From Nitrosarchaeum sp. (lineage in GTDB: Archaea; Thermoproteota; Nitrososphaeria; Nitrososphaerales; Nitrosopumilaceae), in contig JAIOPB010000059.1 in assembly GCA_021414105.1 (NCBI GenBank), positions 41,761 through 73,760 on the forward strand: DNA of 32,000 nt. Direction: 5' to 3'. This document shows positions 9,171-17,792 of this stretch, piece after piece; within the stretch, counting starts at the first letter, position 1; each line of letters begins with the position of its first letter. The notes under the pieces were generated by a model. It searched no databases. It was not told where the DNA came from and worked only from the letters and a program-made list of their open reading frames with translations. The translations under genes and the position numbers were made by a program.

Positions 9171-9914
9171 CTAGATAATAATATCAAGCTCATTATAAGA
9201 TATATTTTCAAATCCTCTAATTGTTCCTGATGTCGTAAATAACTGCGATCTTGTTTTTCCTGATAACCATTCTAAAAGTGATTTGCCTTTTCTTAATTTC
9301 TTTAATTTAGTTTTTCTCTCCGCTGCTTTTGTTTGAGAATACTTTCCTATTTTTTTTCCAAAATCCATTCCAAACAAAATAATTTTCTTTGCATCAAAAT
9401 GACTTGCAAGAAAAACTGCCCTATCCCCATCAGTGAAACCTCCAAAATTATGTATATTTTTAAATGGTTTTGATTGTGTGGTTCCAATACAATTTTTAAA
9501 ATTCTCTACAAGATATAATTTGACAATATTATCGCCATGTGCATGAACAACAAACATTGAATTTGTCTTTCCAACTTTTATCAATGAATCTTTGTCCCCA
9601 TCCAGATCAGTAACAACAATGTCTGGTTTAATTCCATTTTCAACTAGTGGTTTTACTGCACTGTCTGCCACAATTTTCACTGCTTTTTTAAAATTTTTCA
9701 ATATTGGTATGGCTAAAGATAGTGATGGACCTGCACCTATAACAAAAACAGTTTTTCCTTTTATCTGCTCACTGATCTTTTTTATAGGAACAGTTTTTTT
9801 TAAAATCGAATCCAAAATAATTGCTGATGCTGTATCTTGTTTTTCACTGTATTTGAATTCATGTAGAATCTCTGAATATCTTTTGTTCCAACCTGAAATC
9901 ATCATATGACTCAA
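9171..9914 (-). CDS. mptE: 6-hydroxymethyl-7,8-dihydropterin pyrophosphokinase, archaeal MptE-like (DUF115 family)
   Basis: GAGPSL, TDLDGD and HAHGDN motifs as I remember them for MptE/DUF115. It is divergently paired with dihydropteroate synthase, the next pathway step. The start is TTG 9914 or ATG 9905/9902. Confidence 0.7.
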   Translation of the reverse strand: MSHMMISGWNKRYSEILHEFKYSEKQDTASAIILDSILKKTVPIKKISEQIKGKTVFVIGAGPSLSLAIPILKNFKKAVKIVADSAVKPLVENGIKPDIVVTDLDGDKDSLIKVGKTNSMFVVHAHGDNIVKLYLVENFKNCIGTTQSKPFKNIHNFGGFTDGDRAVFLASHFDAKKIILFGMDFGKKIGKYSQTKAAERKTKLKKLRKGKSLLEWLSGKTRSQLFTTSGTIRGFENISYNELDIII

Positions 9915-9915
9915 A

Positions 9916-10803
9916 TTGGTATGGTTTATGATAAATCATGTGACTAAGCTTGGAAATGTAGGTGTAGGAGGGAAAAATCCAGTCCGAATAATGGGCATTT
10001 TAAACACCAGTCCGGAGTCATTTTACACAAAATCAATTAAAACAACAAAACAACAGATTACAAACACAATAAAACAAATGGAAATTCATGGAGCCGATTT
10101 TATTGATGTTGGAGGAATGTCTACTGCACCATATCTATCTACATCAGTATCTGAAAAAATTGAATCACAAAGAATTCTAAATGCAATTAAAATTATTCAA
10201 AATGTATCCAATCTTCCAATATCTGTTGATACATGTAGGGCAAATGTTGCAAAATCTGCTTTAGAACATGGAATTGAAATAATCAATGATATTTCCGGAT
10301 TGAAGTATGATAATAAAATGATTGATGTAATTGGAGAATATAGTCCATCACTTATTTTGTGTGCCTTTGATTCTAAGACAGTACTTGGCAATATACAATC
10401 CACTAAAAATCTCCTAAAAGACAGTCTAAAAATTGCAAAAGCTGCTGGAATTCCGTCAAGTAAGATTGTTTTGGATCCTGCTATTGGCTTTTTTAGAAAG
10501 TCTGGAAAGGGATCTTTTTTTACAAAAATTAAATCTGATTGGCTAAAAAGAGATCTATCTGTTATTCAAAATTTAAAATCAATTAAACAACAATATCCAA
10601 TTTTGGTTTCTGTTTCAAATAAATCCTTTATTGGAAAACTTTTGGGAAAGGAAAATGCATCCGATCGATTATTTGGTTCTCTTGCTGCAGAGGTTGTATC
10701 TGTTCTTAACGGTGCCGATATTATTCGTACTCATAATGTAGCCGAAACAAAAGATGCTATTACGATTGCAGCAAAACTGTCTGGAAGACACAAAGGCTTA
10801 TAA
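9916..10803 (+). CDS. folP: Dihydropteroate synthase-type pterin-binding enzyme
   Basis: IMGILNTSPESF, DVGGMST and the C-terminal IIRTHNV motifs of DHPS. The start is TTG 9916 or ATG 9928. Confidence 0.9.
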   Translation: MVWFMINHVTKLGNVGVGGKNPVRIMGILNTSPESFYTKSIKTTKQQITNTIKQMEIHGADFIDVGGMSTAPYLSTSVSEKIESQRILNAIKIIQNVSNLPISVDTCRANVAKSALEHGIEIINDISGLKYDNKMIDVIGEYSPSLILCAFDSKTVLGNIQSTKNLLKDSLKIAKAAGIPSSKIVLDPAIGFFRKSGKGSFFTKIKSDWLKRDLSVIQNLKSIKQQYPILVSVSNKSFIGKLLGKENASDRLFGSLAAEVVSVLNGADIIRTHNVAETKDAITIAAKLSGRHKGL

Positions 10804-10833
10804 TCCATATTTGACCATCTTTACAAGGTTTCA

Positions 10834-12267
10834 TTGGAATTCAAAGAAGGATTAACTTTTGATGATGTTCTTCTTGTACCCAAATATTCTGATATCACTA
10901 GCAGATCTCAAACCAATCTAAGCACAAAATTATCACGTAATATCTCAATTAACATTCCATTTGTTAGTGCAAATATGGATACTGTAACTGAATCTTCCAT
11001 GGCAGTAGCCATGGCACGCGCTGGAGGAATAGGAATTATTCACAGATTTTTGACAATTAAAGAGCAAGCAAACGAAGTTCTCAAAGTAAAACGATCTGGC
11101 AGTGTAATGATTGAAAATCCATATGTTATTCATCTTGATAAAACTGTTCAGGACGCAATAAATTATGCTGAAGAAAAAGAAATTTCAGGTCTTTTAGTTA
11201 TTGATTCTAATTCTAAATTGGTTGGGATAGTTACTGATAGAGATTTATTATTTGAAACTGATACTACTCATCTTATCAAAGATGTTATGACAAAAGATGT
11301 TGTAACTGCAAAACCTGGTGTGAGCTTGGATGAAGCCAAGAAAATTTTGCATAAACACAGGATTGAAAAACTACCAATAATTGATGAATCTGGTTTTATT
11401 AAAGGTCTGATTACAAGCAAAGACATTACCAATATTGAGGACTATCCATCTGCATCAAAAGATAAGAAAGGAAGACCTCTTGTTGGAGCTGCTGTAGGTG
11501 TAAAGGGAGATTTTATGGAAAGAACAGAATCCTTGTTAGAAGCAGGTGTAGATGTACTAGTTGTTGATATCGCTCATGGTCATAGTGAAAATGCAATTAA
11601 TACAATTCGTAATATCAAAAAAGCGTTTCCTAAATGTGAATTAATTGCTGGAAATATTGCAACTGCGCAAGGTGCAGAGGATCTAATTAAAGCAGGAGTA
11701 GACGCAGTTAAGGTAGGTGTTGGTTCTGGCTCAATTTGTATTACTAGAGTAATTACTGGTTCTGGAGTACCACAATTAACAGCAGTATTGGATTGTGCCA
11801 AGATTGGAAAAGATTATGGCATTCCAATTATTTCTGATGGCGGAACCAGAACTTCGGGTGATGCTACTAAAGCATTGGCTGCAGGTGCATCTTCTGTGAT
11901 GGTAGGCAGTATGCTTGGAGGAACAGATGAATCACCAGGAACTGTATTGACAAAAAATGGTAAGCGTTTCAAAATATATCGTGGAATGGCCTCACTTGGA
12001 GCATCTTTGGGAAGAAAGTCAAAAGAAACAGGTTCCATCTCATTTGATGAAGATCTTAATGATTTTGTTGCAGAAGGCGTTGAAGCAATGGTTCCATACA
12101 AAGGAACTGTAACTGATATTTTAAAACAATTAACTGGTGGTGTACGTTCAGGATTGAGTTATTGTGGAGCGCACACAATTCCACAAATGCAAGCAAATGC
12201 AGAATTTATCAAAATGTCTGGTGCTGGATTTGCTGAAAGCCAACCACATGACGTATCTCTGATGTAG
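10834..12267 (+). CDS. guaB: IMP dehydrogenase with CBS-domain pair
   Basis: 477 aa with [18 protein letters not shown], the catalytic GSGSICITR loop and the CBS tandem. A TTG start is forced by the conserved N-terminus. Confidence 0.97.
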   Translation: MEFKEGLTFDDVLLVPKYSDITSRSQTNLSTKLSRNISINIPFVSANMDTVTESSMAVAMARAGGIGIIHRFLTIKEQANEVLKVKRSGSVMIENPYVIHLDKTVQDAINYAEEKEISGLLVIDSNSKLVGIVTDRDLLFETDTTHLIKDVMTKDVVTAKPGVSLDEAKKILHKHRIEKLPIIDESGFIKGLITSKDITNIEDYPSASKDKKGRPLVGAAVGVKGDFMERTESLLEAGVDVLVVDIAHGHSENAINTIRNIKKAFPKCELIAGNIATAQGAEDLIKAGVDAVKVGVGSGSICITRVITGSGVPQLTAVLDCAKIGKDYGIPIISDGGTRTSGDATKALAAGASSVMVGSMLGGTDESPGTVLTKNGKRFKIYRGMASLGASLGRKSKETGSISFDEDLNDFVAEGVEAMVPYKGTVTDILKQLTGGVRSGLSYCGAHTIPQMQANAEFIKMSGAGFAESQPHDVSLM

Positions 12268-12271
12268 TTAA

Positions 12272-12278
12272 TTTTTTT
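12272..12278 (+). terminator. Oligo-T tract after the guaB stop (candidate archaeal terminator)
   Basis: T7 run 5 nt after TAG 12265-12267. Confidence 0.35.
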
Positions 12279-12369
12279 AATAACTAAATATCAAAACATA
12301 TGAAATTATAATTTCCAATCGCATTTTGTCACACTCAATCCATAAATTATACTCTTAGGACTAAATCCC

Positions 12370-12945
12370 ATGGAATCTATTCAATATGAAATTAGACAAA
12401 TTTTTGGATTTTTATTTATCTGTGTAGCAATTGCTGTGACAATAGCGTCAGTTACAAGTGAAATTTTGTTCTTAAATCATTTACCAACTTATTTGCATGG
12501 GTTTGTTTGGCTTGGAACATTTGGTATGATTTTTGGTTTTTATTTTTTGTATTTTAAAGAAAAAATCCCACTAATACGAAATCGCATGAAAAATAGTCTT
12601 TCTTGGCCATTATATGTCAAAATAGTAAATGGTTGTTGTTGGGCATTACCATTTATTCTGATCGCAATTTTTCCACAATATTTTCAGTATCTAATTTTAT
12701 TAGGAATAGGATTGGGAAATTCTTCAACATATGTTTTCATGAAACTTTTTAGCCATCAAAACAATAAAGAACAGATTTTAGTAGGTTTAATCGCCTTATT
12801 GGCAATTCCAATAGCTATAGAAATTGATACATCGATATTTGTATCTCATCAGGATATTGCCGTGTTGTTATCTAGACTTTTAATTTCAATTTCATATGCG
12901 ATAGGTGGTACATATGCTCTATTTTCAAAAATTGAAATACAATAA
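12370..12945 (+). CDS. Hypothetical polytopic membrane protein (about 5-6 predicted TM helices)
   Basis: 191 aa of strongly hydrophobic segments with no motif I recognise. A TATA-like ATAAATTATA (12342-12351) lies about 24 nt upstream of the ATG. Confidence 0.6.
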   Translation: MESIQYEIRQIFGFLFICVAIAVTIASVTSEILFLNHLPTYLHGFVWLGTFGMIFGFYFLYFKEKIPLIRNRMKNSLSWPLYVKIVNGCCWALPFILIAIFPQYFQYLILLGIGLGNSSTYVFMKLFSHQNNKEQILVGLIALLAIPIAIEIDTSIFVSHQDIAVLLSRLLISISYAIGGTYALFSKIEIQ

Positions 12946-13107
12946 TTTGAGGTAAATTATCTCTGTCTTGATTTAAAATCTTAAATTTTTATATAAAATC
13001 AAATATGTTAGGGGCTTATAATTTTGATTATTTGATCTTTAGCCTAATGATATCCAATAACTCCTCTTTTCGCTAATTTTTTAAGCAGTATCGTAAATCA
13101 GTCTTTT

Positions 13108-13575
13108 GTGTTATCAAAGAGAACTATTATTGGAATTATTGTAGGTAGTGCTATTATTGGCATTGGAGTATATTCTTTAATTTCTGATATTGGATTGCAA
13201 ACAATACAAGTAAATGAAACATTTGCAGTAGGCGAATCCACTTCATATCAAATTAACGCAAATGAACATGCAACACAGCATATGAAAATTACAGGAGACA
13301 AATTTGATCTTAAATTATCTAGTCCTGGTGATGGTCTTCAAATACCAAAAACATCTCATACTAAAGAAGTCACTTTGGACTGGACTCATCTAAAAGACGG
13401 TATAACTGTGATAAATCTTCAAAATACTGGCTCTTCTGAATTAAAAGTAGAGGCAACATTGGAAGTAACATCTGATCCTATTTTGTTTCCATTTCATATG
13501 ATGGTCATTATTTCAGGTATGATAATTATTGGATTTAGTATGGGCTTTACTCTAAGAAAGCCAAAAGGATTCTAG
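13108..13575 (+). CDS. Hypothetical surface-exposed protein with N-terminal signal/anchor helix and C-terminal TM helix plus basic tail
   Basis: 155 aa with a GTG start. It has an N-terminal IIGIIVGSAIIGIGVY helix, a beta-rich middle and a C-terminal FPFHMMVIISGMIIIGFSMGFTLRKPKGF. A/T-rich element 13074-13085 lies upstream. Confidence 0.55.
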   Translation: MLSKRTIIGIIVGSAIIGIGVYSLISDIGLQTIQVNETFAVGESTSYQINANEHATQHMKITGDKFDLKLSSPGDGLQIPKTSHTKEVTLDWTHLKDGITVINLQNTGSSELKVEATLEVTSDPILFPFHMMVIISGMIIIGFSMGFTLRKPKGF

Positions 13576-14387
13576 TTTAGTTTTGCTGAAGGATACGACC
13601 CTAGAATTTTCATAAATAGTGTTTCGTGATTAATTTTCTCTAACATCTCCGCAATCCTTGGATTTTTTGCATGACCTTCAAAATCTACGTAGAAATTATA
13701 CTCCCAAGTATTTGTCTTGGTTGGTCGTGACTCAATTTTAGTTAAATTGACCTTATAATTATGAAAATTCTCTATGATTCTGTGAAGAGAACCAGGTTCG
13801 TGCTTTATGGAAAAAATTATTGATGTCTTGTCTTTTCCAGTTTCTTCCTTGTTGTTTTTTGATAATATCAAAAATCTAGTGTAATTATTCAAATTATTTG
13901 CAATACCTTCTGATATTACAGGCATATTGTAAATCTTAGATGCATCCTTACTGGCAATACATGCTATGTTCTTTTTGTTTAATTCTTTGATAATCTTTAC
14001 ACTTCCCGCTGTGTCATATGTGGGAACCGTTTTCATGTTATGTTTTTCAATAAAGTTTCTGCACTGTCCTAATGCTTGTGGATGAGAATACACAGTATCT
14101 ATCTCTTCCAAAGTTTCCGTTCCTATCAAACAATGTTCAATTCTATGATAAATTTCACCTATGACATTAAGTGATGTTGAATACAACAAATCATAGCTCT
14201 CTCCAACACTGCCTTCCAATGAGTTTTCTACTGGCAAAATAGAATACTCTGTTTTGTCTAGTGTAGTATTTTCTAAAACTTCTGCAAAGGTTAGAAGAGG
14301 GACTGTCTGAATTTCTTTGTTAAAAAATGCTCTAGCTGCTGCCTCACTATATGCCCCTCGTTCACCTTGGAACGAAACACGTATCAT
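13572..14387 (-). CDS. pheA: Prephenate dehydratase with C-terminal ACT domain
   Basis: 271 aa with the FQGERGAYSE N-terminus, SHPQALGQC, and the ACT-domain motif TKIESRP. Confidence 0.9.
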   Translation of the reverse strand: MIRVSFQGERGAYSEAAARAFFNKEIQTVPLLTFAEVLENTTLDKTEYSILPVENSLEGSVGESYDLLYSTSLNVIGEIYHRIEHCLIGTETLEEIDTVYSHPQALGQCRNFIEKHNMKTVPTYDTAGSVKIIKELNKKNIACIASKDASKIYNMPVISEGIANNLNNYTRFLILSKNNKEETGKDKTSIIFSIKHEPGSLHRIIENFHNYKVNLTKIESRPTKTNTWEYNFYVDFEGHAKNPRIAEMLEKINHETLFMKILGSYPSAKLN

Positions 14388-14390
14388 TTT

Positions 14391-14942
14391 TTACTCTCTC
14401 AGCTTTACGAAATCACTGTTACCAAAATTTGATGAAAGTTTTCTTTCATCAATCCAAGCACATTCTGTACATTTTATGGCATCACGCATTTGAACTACTT
14501 TTCCACCACACTTTCTACATTTTGTAAATAATACACCCAAGTGTGGCTCCTCAATCGCTGCATGAATTGTGCCATTTAGGTGATTTAGAATCTTTAATGT
14601 AACAATATCATTTACCAAGGCCACATTCTTTTTTCTAAGATTTCTTGTTGAACAAACACATTCAACTTTTGATGTTGTTGGTTTGCCATTAATGTAATCA
14701 ATTGATACTGCTATCATAGAAGACATAACTGCAGCTACAGTTCCTATTATGATATCTCCGACTTTTGGAATGGATAACATCTTTGGATGCTTTATGTTTG
14801 CCATTCGTGTTTCTTTATTGAGATCTGTCTTACCTACAGTTGCTGCACGAACCATGTCTCCATCGTCAAAAGTGTTGTATCCTGCTTCATATTCCTCAAT
14901 TGATGCTATTTTATCTCCAGGCAATGCAGCAATTTCAGACAT
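14391..14942 (-). CDS. csl4: Exosome complex RNA-binding subunit Csl4
   Basis: 183 aa with an N-terminal domain, a central S1-like fold (GDIIIGTV) and a C-terminal zinc ribbon CRKCGG...CTEC. This is the Csl4 architecture. Confidence 0.8.
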   Translation of the reverse strand: MSEIAALPGDKIASIEEYEAGYNTFDDGDMVRAATVGKTDLNKETRMANIKHPKMLSIPKVGDIIIGTVAAVMSSMIAVSIDYINGKPTTSKVECVCSTRNLRKKNVALVNDIVTLKILNHLNGTIHAAIEEPHLGVLFTKCRKCGGKVVQMRDAIKCTECAWIDERKLSSNFGNSDFVKLRE

Positions 14943-14963
14943 GCTGTATTTTTTGGTGTTATG

Positions 14964-14971
14964 ATTATAAT
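14964..14971 (-). promoter_or_regulatory. TATA-like element ATTATAAT upstream of csl4
   Basis: Its centre is about 25 nt upstream of the csl4 ATG (14942), consistent with a leaderless transcript. Confidence 0.4.
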
Positions 14972-15001
14972 TGTTTGTGGTCTAAAGCATTCTTGACAAA
15001 T

Positions 15002-15008
15002 CATATAA
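15002..15008 (+). promoter_or_regulatory. TATA-like element CATATAA upstream of the MDR reductase gene
   Basis: Its centre is 26 nt upstream of ATG 15031, consistent with a leaderless transcript. Confidence 0.45.
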
Positions 15009-15030
15009 CCAGAAAAAATTCAAAACAATC

Positions 15031-16101
15031 ATGAAAGCTCTAGTGTATGATAACTATGCTATAGATGATGATTTTTCTAAAATTTTAAAAATTAAAGACA
15101 TTCCTGAACCTGAACCAAAACACAACGAAGTTATTTTCAAAGTAAAAAGTGCATCTCTAAATTATGATGATATTTGGGGAATGAGGGGAAAGCCTCTGGC
15201 TGTGCCATTACCTCACATATCAGGTACAGATGCTGCAGGTGAAGTAATCGCAATAGGTCAAGATGTAAAAAATATCAAAATTGGTGATAGAGTTGTCTCT
15301 CATGGAAACATGTCATGTAGAATATGTAAATCATGCACTAGTGGTAGAGAATATGATTGCAGACAGAGAAAAATTTGGGGATTTGAAACCGGTCCACTTT
15401 GGGGAGGATATTGTGAAATTACTCATTTGCCAGAAGTTAATGTCGTAAAAATTCCTGATAATGTTACCTATGATTCTGCAGCAGCTGCTTCAATGACTTT
15501 GTTGACATCATGGCACATGTTAGTTGGAAGAGCAAAGATTCAACCAGGACAACTAGTTTTGATTATGGGTGGCGGTTCTGGCGTTGGAAACTATGGAATT
15601 CAAATAGCTAAATTATTTGGTTGTACTGTAATTGCTACAGCTAGTCCCGATAAATTAGATAAATTATTAGAATTAGGAGCTGATTATGCAATAGATCATA
15701 GAAAAGAAGACTGGTATAAGGAAGTCCGTGATATCTCTAAAAAAATAACCAAACCTTTTGGAGATGTAATTGGAGTAGATGTAATTTTTGAGCACATTGG
15801 AGGTTCGCATTGGAATAAAGAATTGACTTTGTTAAAGTATGGTGCAACAATTGTTACAACTGGAGCAACAACTGGTTATGACGCTAAAACTGATTTACGC
15901 CATATTTTTTTCAAAGGTATCAATATTTTAGGCTCAACTCAAGGAACTAGGGCTGAGTTAGAGCAAGCTCTGTACTGGATGTCTCAAGGCAAAATTAAAT
16001 CTGTCATTGACTCTGTTTACTCTTTTGAGCAAGCAGCAGAAGCTCATACAAAGATGTTAACTGGAAAAGGATTATTTGGAAAAATCTTAATGAAGCCTTG
16101 A
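15031..16101 (+). CDS. Medium-chain dehydrogenase/reductase (MDR) superfamily protein, enoyl-thioester-reductase-like, NAD(P)-dependent
   Basis: 356 aa with a GroES-like N-domain, a structural-zinc lobe CRICKSCTSGREYDC and a Rossmann GGGSGVG. The classical catalytic-zinc positions read SLNYDD and SGTDAAG instead of Cys and GHE. Confidence 0.85.
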   Translation: MKALVYDNYAIDDDFSKILKIKDIPEPEPKHNEVIFKVKSASLNYDDIWGMRGKPLAVPLPHISGTDAAGEVIAIGQDVKNIKIGDRVVSHGNMSCRICKSCTSGREYDCRQRKIWGFETGPLWGGYCEITHLPEVNVVKIPDNVTYDSAAAASMTLLTSWHMLVGRAKIQPGQLVLIMGGGSGVGNYGIQIAKLFGCTVIATASPDKLDKLLELGADYAIDHRKEDWYKEVRDISKKITKPFGDVIGVDVIFEHIGGSHWNKELTLLKYGATIVTTGATTGYDAKTDLRHIFFKGINILGSTQGTRAELEQALYWMSQGKIKSVIDSVYSFEQAAEAHTKMLTGKGLFGKILMKP

Positions 16102-16111
16102 TGTAAAATTA

Positions 16112-16717
16112 ATGATGACTAGAAATCCTAAAACTGATTCTATTCTTGATGAAGCAAATAGATTATTTTTAAAAGGCAAATTACATGAAGCAATTATTTA
16201 TTATGATGAAATTCTACATGAAAATCCAAATCATATTGGTTCTCTTAACAACAAGGGATATGCACTAAATAAATTGAAAGATTATGATGGTGCCATACAA
16301 TGTTATGACAGTGCCTTGAAATTAGATTCTGGAGATCTTTCTGTTTTAGTAAACAAAATATCATCTTTGAGAAAAAAAGGTGAATTTACTGAGGCATTAA
16401 ATTATTGCAATACTATTTTGGAAAATAATTCAAAATATAACATTGTACTGTATCACAAAGAAAGAATCTTGTTTTCAATGGAACAATTTGAAGAATCTAT
16501 ACTTTGTTGCAATAAAATTTTAGATGACTATCCACGTAATGGCGATGTTCTTTTTGATAAATCTTGTAATCTTGCTATGCTTTCTAGAATAGATGATGCA
16601 CTTGATACGCTTGAAAATGCAATTTCACAAGGAATTCAATATAAAATCAAAGCAAAAAAAACTAAATCTTTTGAAAAACTAACAGATAATCAAAAATTTC
16701 AAAAACTAGTATCTTAA
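16112..16717 (+). CDS. Tetratricopeptide (TPR) repeat protein
   Basis: 201 aa with several 34-residue repeats of the A..YYD.AL...P.. / NKGYAL..L..Y..A type. Confidence 0.8.
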   Translation: MMTRNPKTDSILDEANRLFLKGKLHEAIIYYDEILHENPNHIGSLNNKGYALNKLKDYDGAIQCYDSALKLDSGDLSVLVNKISSLRKKGEFTEALNYCNTILENNSKYNIVLYHKERILFSMEQFEESILCCNKILDDYPRNGDVLFDKSCNLAMLSRIDDALDTLENAISQGIQYKIKAKKTKSFEKLTDNQKFQKLVS

Positions 16718-17709
16718 AGCCAGTGAGGAATTTCTAGATATCCTTCTATGCTTTCATGTCTTAATATTTTTAAAAGTGCATTTGCCTGAGGTGTAGAAAG
16801 AACTGGCTTGTCAAATTGATTGTCTGTAGAAATTCTGGGGCATGCTACTTGAATAAATGCGTCTATTCCTTTTAGATTTTTTAATCTCTCATTTGTGATG
16901 TCAGTTAAAGCAAATAACTGAACTGTCTTTCCTTCTTTTTCCAATTCTTTTTTAAATTTTAAAGCAAATACTTTGGATAGTTGCCCTTCTTTGAGTCCAA
17001 TAATTATTCCAAATGACTGTGCATCAGCTGCTTTGTAAATCGCAAGTGTAGCTTTCTTTTTTAATTTCTGAGCAAATTCTGTGACTTCTCTTACTTCATT
17101 AAAATAAGGATCTAAAACATATGTTGGCAAATTAGTTGAGAGTGCGATTCCAGCTGCATGAAAATTACTCTGTCCTAAAAAAACATAGGCATCAACTTTG
17201 TCTTTGAGTTCTGTTGCTGGATAAAACTCACAACCAAATACTTGACCATCATTTAGCTGTCCTTTCCCCTTGCCAATTTTTACCTCAATTCCACCATTAG
17301 TTAAAATTTCATTTACTTTATACATCTGATGCAAATGTTGGCTATCTGTAACTAGAGATATTTTCTTTCCTTTGAGAATATCAACACATTTTTTGGCGAC
17401 ACTATCAAATTCCACATCATCATAGGCATTAATCAGAATTAGATTTTTCTCAAATGATTCAGTGTTAATAGTATGTCCAATGTTGAATTGGATCTCTGCT
17501 CCTAATACTTTAGAGCCATTTGAATTAAGGTCACATGTTCCCCAAGTGGTATCAGCTAAAACATATGCAGGAATTCCAAATCTCTTTGTAATATTCATGG
17601 CAGTCTCTTGTACTTGAGGCAAGATTCCATCAGGACCATTCAGAGACACTGATACAGGTTTTTTTGATTCAATTTCTTTGAAGATTCTCTCTTCGTCTAT
17701 TACTATCAA
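16714..17709 (-). CDS. dph2: 2-(3-amino-3-carboxypropyl)histidine synthase (diphthamide biosynthesis, archaeal Dph2)
   Basis: 331 aa with three conserved cysteine contexts (WGTCD, FGCEF, QVACPRI) matching the Dph2 [4Fe-4S] ligands. The start codon is TTG at 17709. Confidence 0.85.
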   Translation of the reverse strand: MIVIDEERIFKEIESKKPVSVSLNGPDGILPQVQETAMNITKRFGIPAYVLADTTWGTCDLNSNGSKVLGAEIQFNIGHTINTESFEKNLILINAYDDVEFDSVAKKCVDILKGKKISLVTDSQHLHQMYKVNEILTNGGIEVKIGKGKGQLNDGQVFGCEFYPATELKDKVDAYVFLGQSNFHAAGIALSTNLPTYVLDPYFNEVREVTEFAQKLKKKATLAIYKAADAQSFGIIIGLKEGQLSKVFALKFKKELEKEGKTVQLFALTDITNERLKNLKGIDAFIQVACPRISTDNQFDKPVLSTPQANALLKILRHESIEGYLEIPHWL

Positions 17710-17792
17710 TTCAGCTAAAAATATAGCGTTATTAATTTAAACCAACTGTGTTATACAACAACTAAAAATGTCTGAAATTCTATAATCCATTT

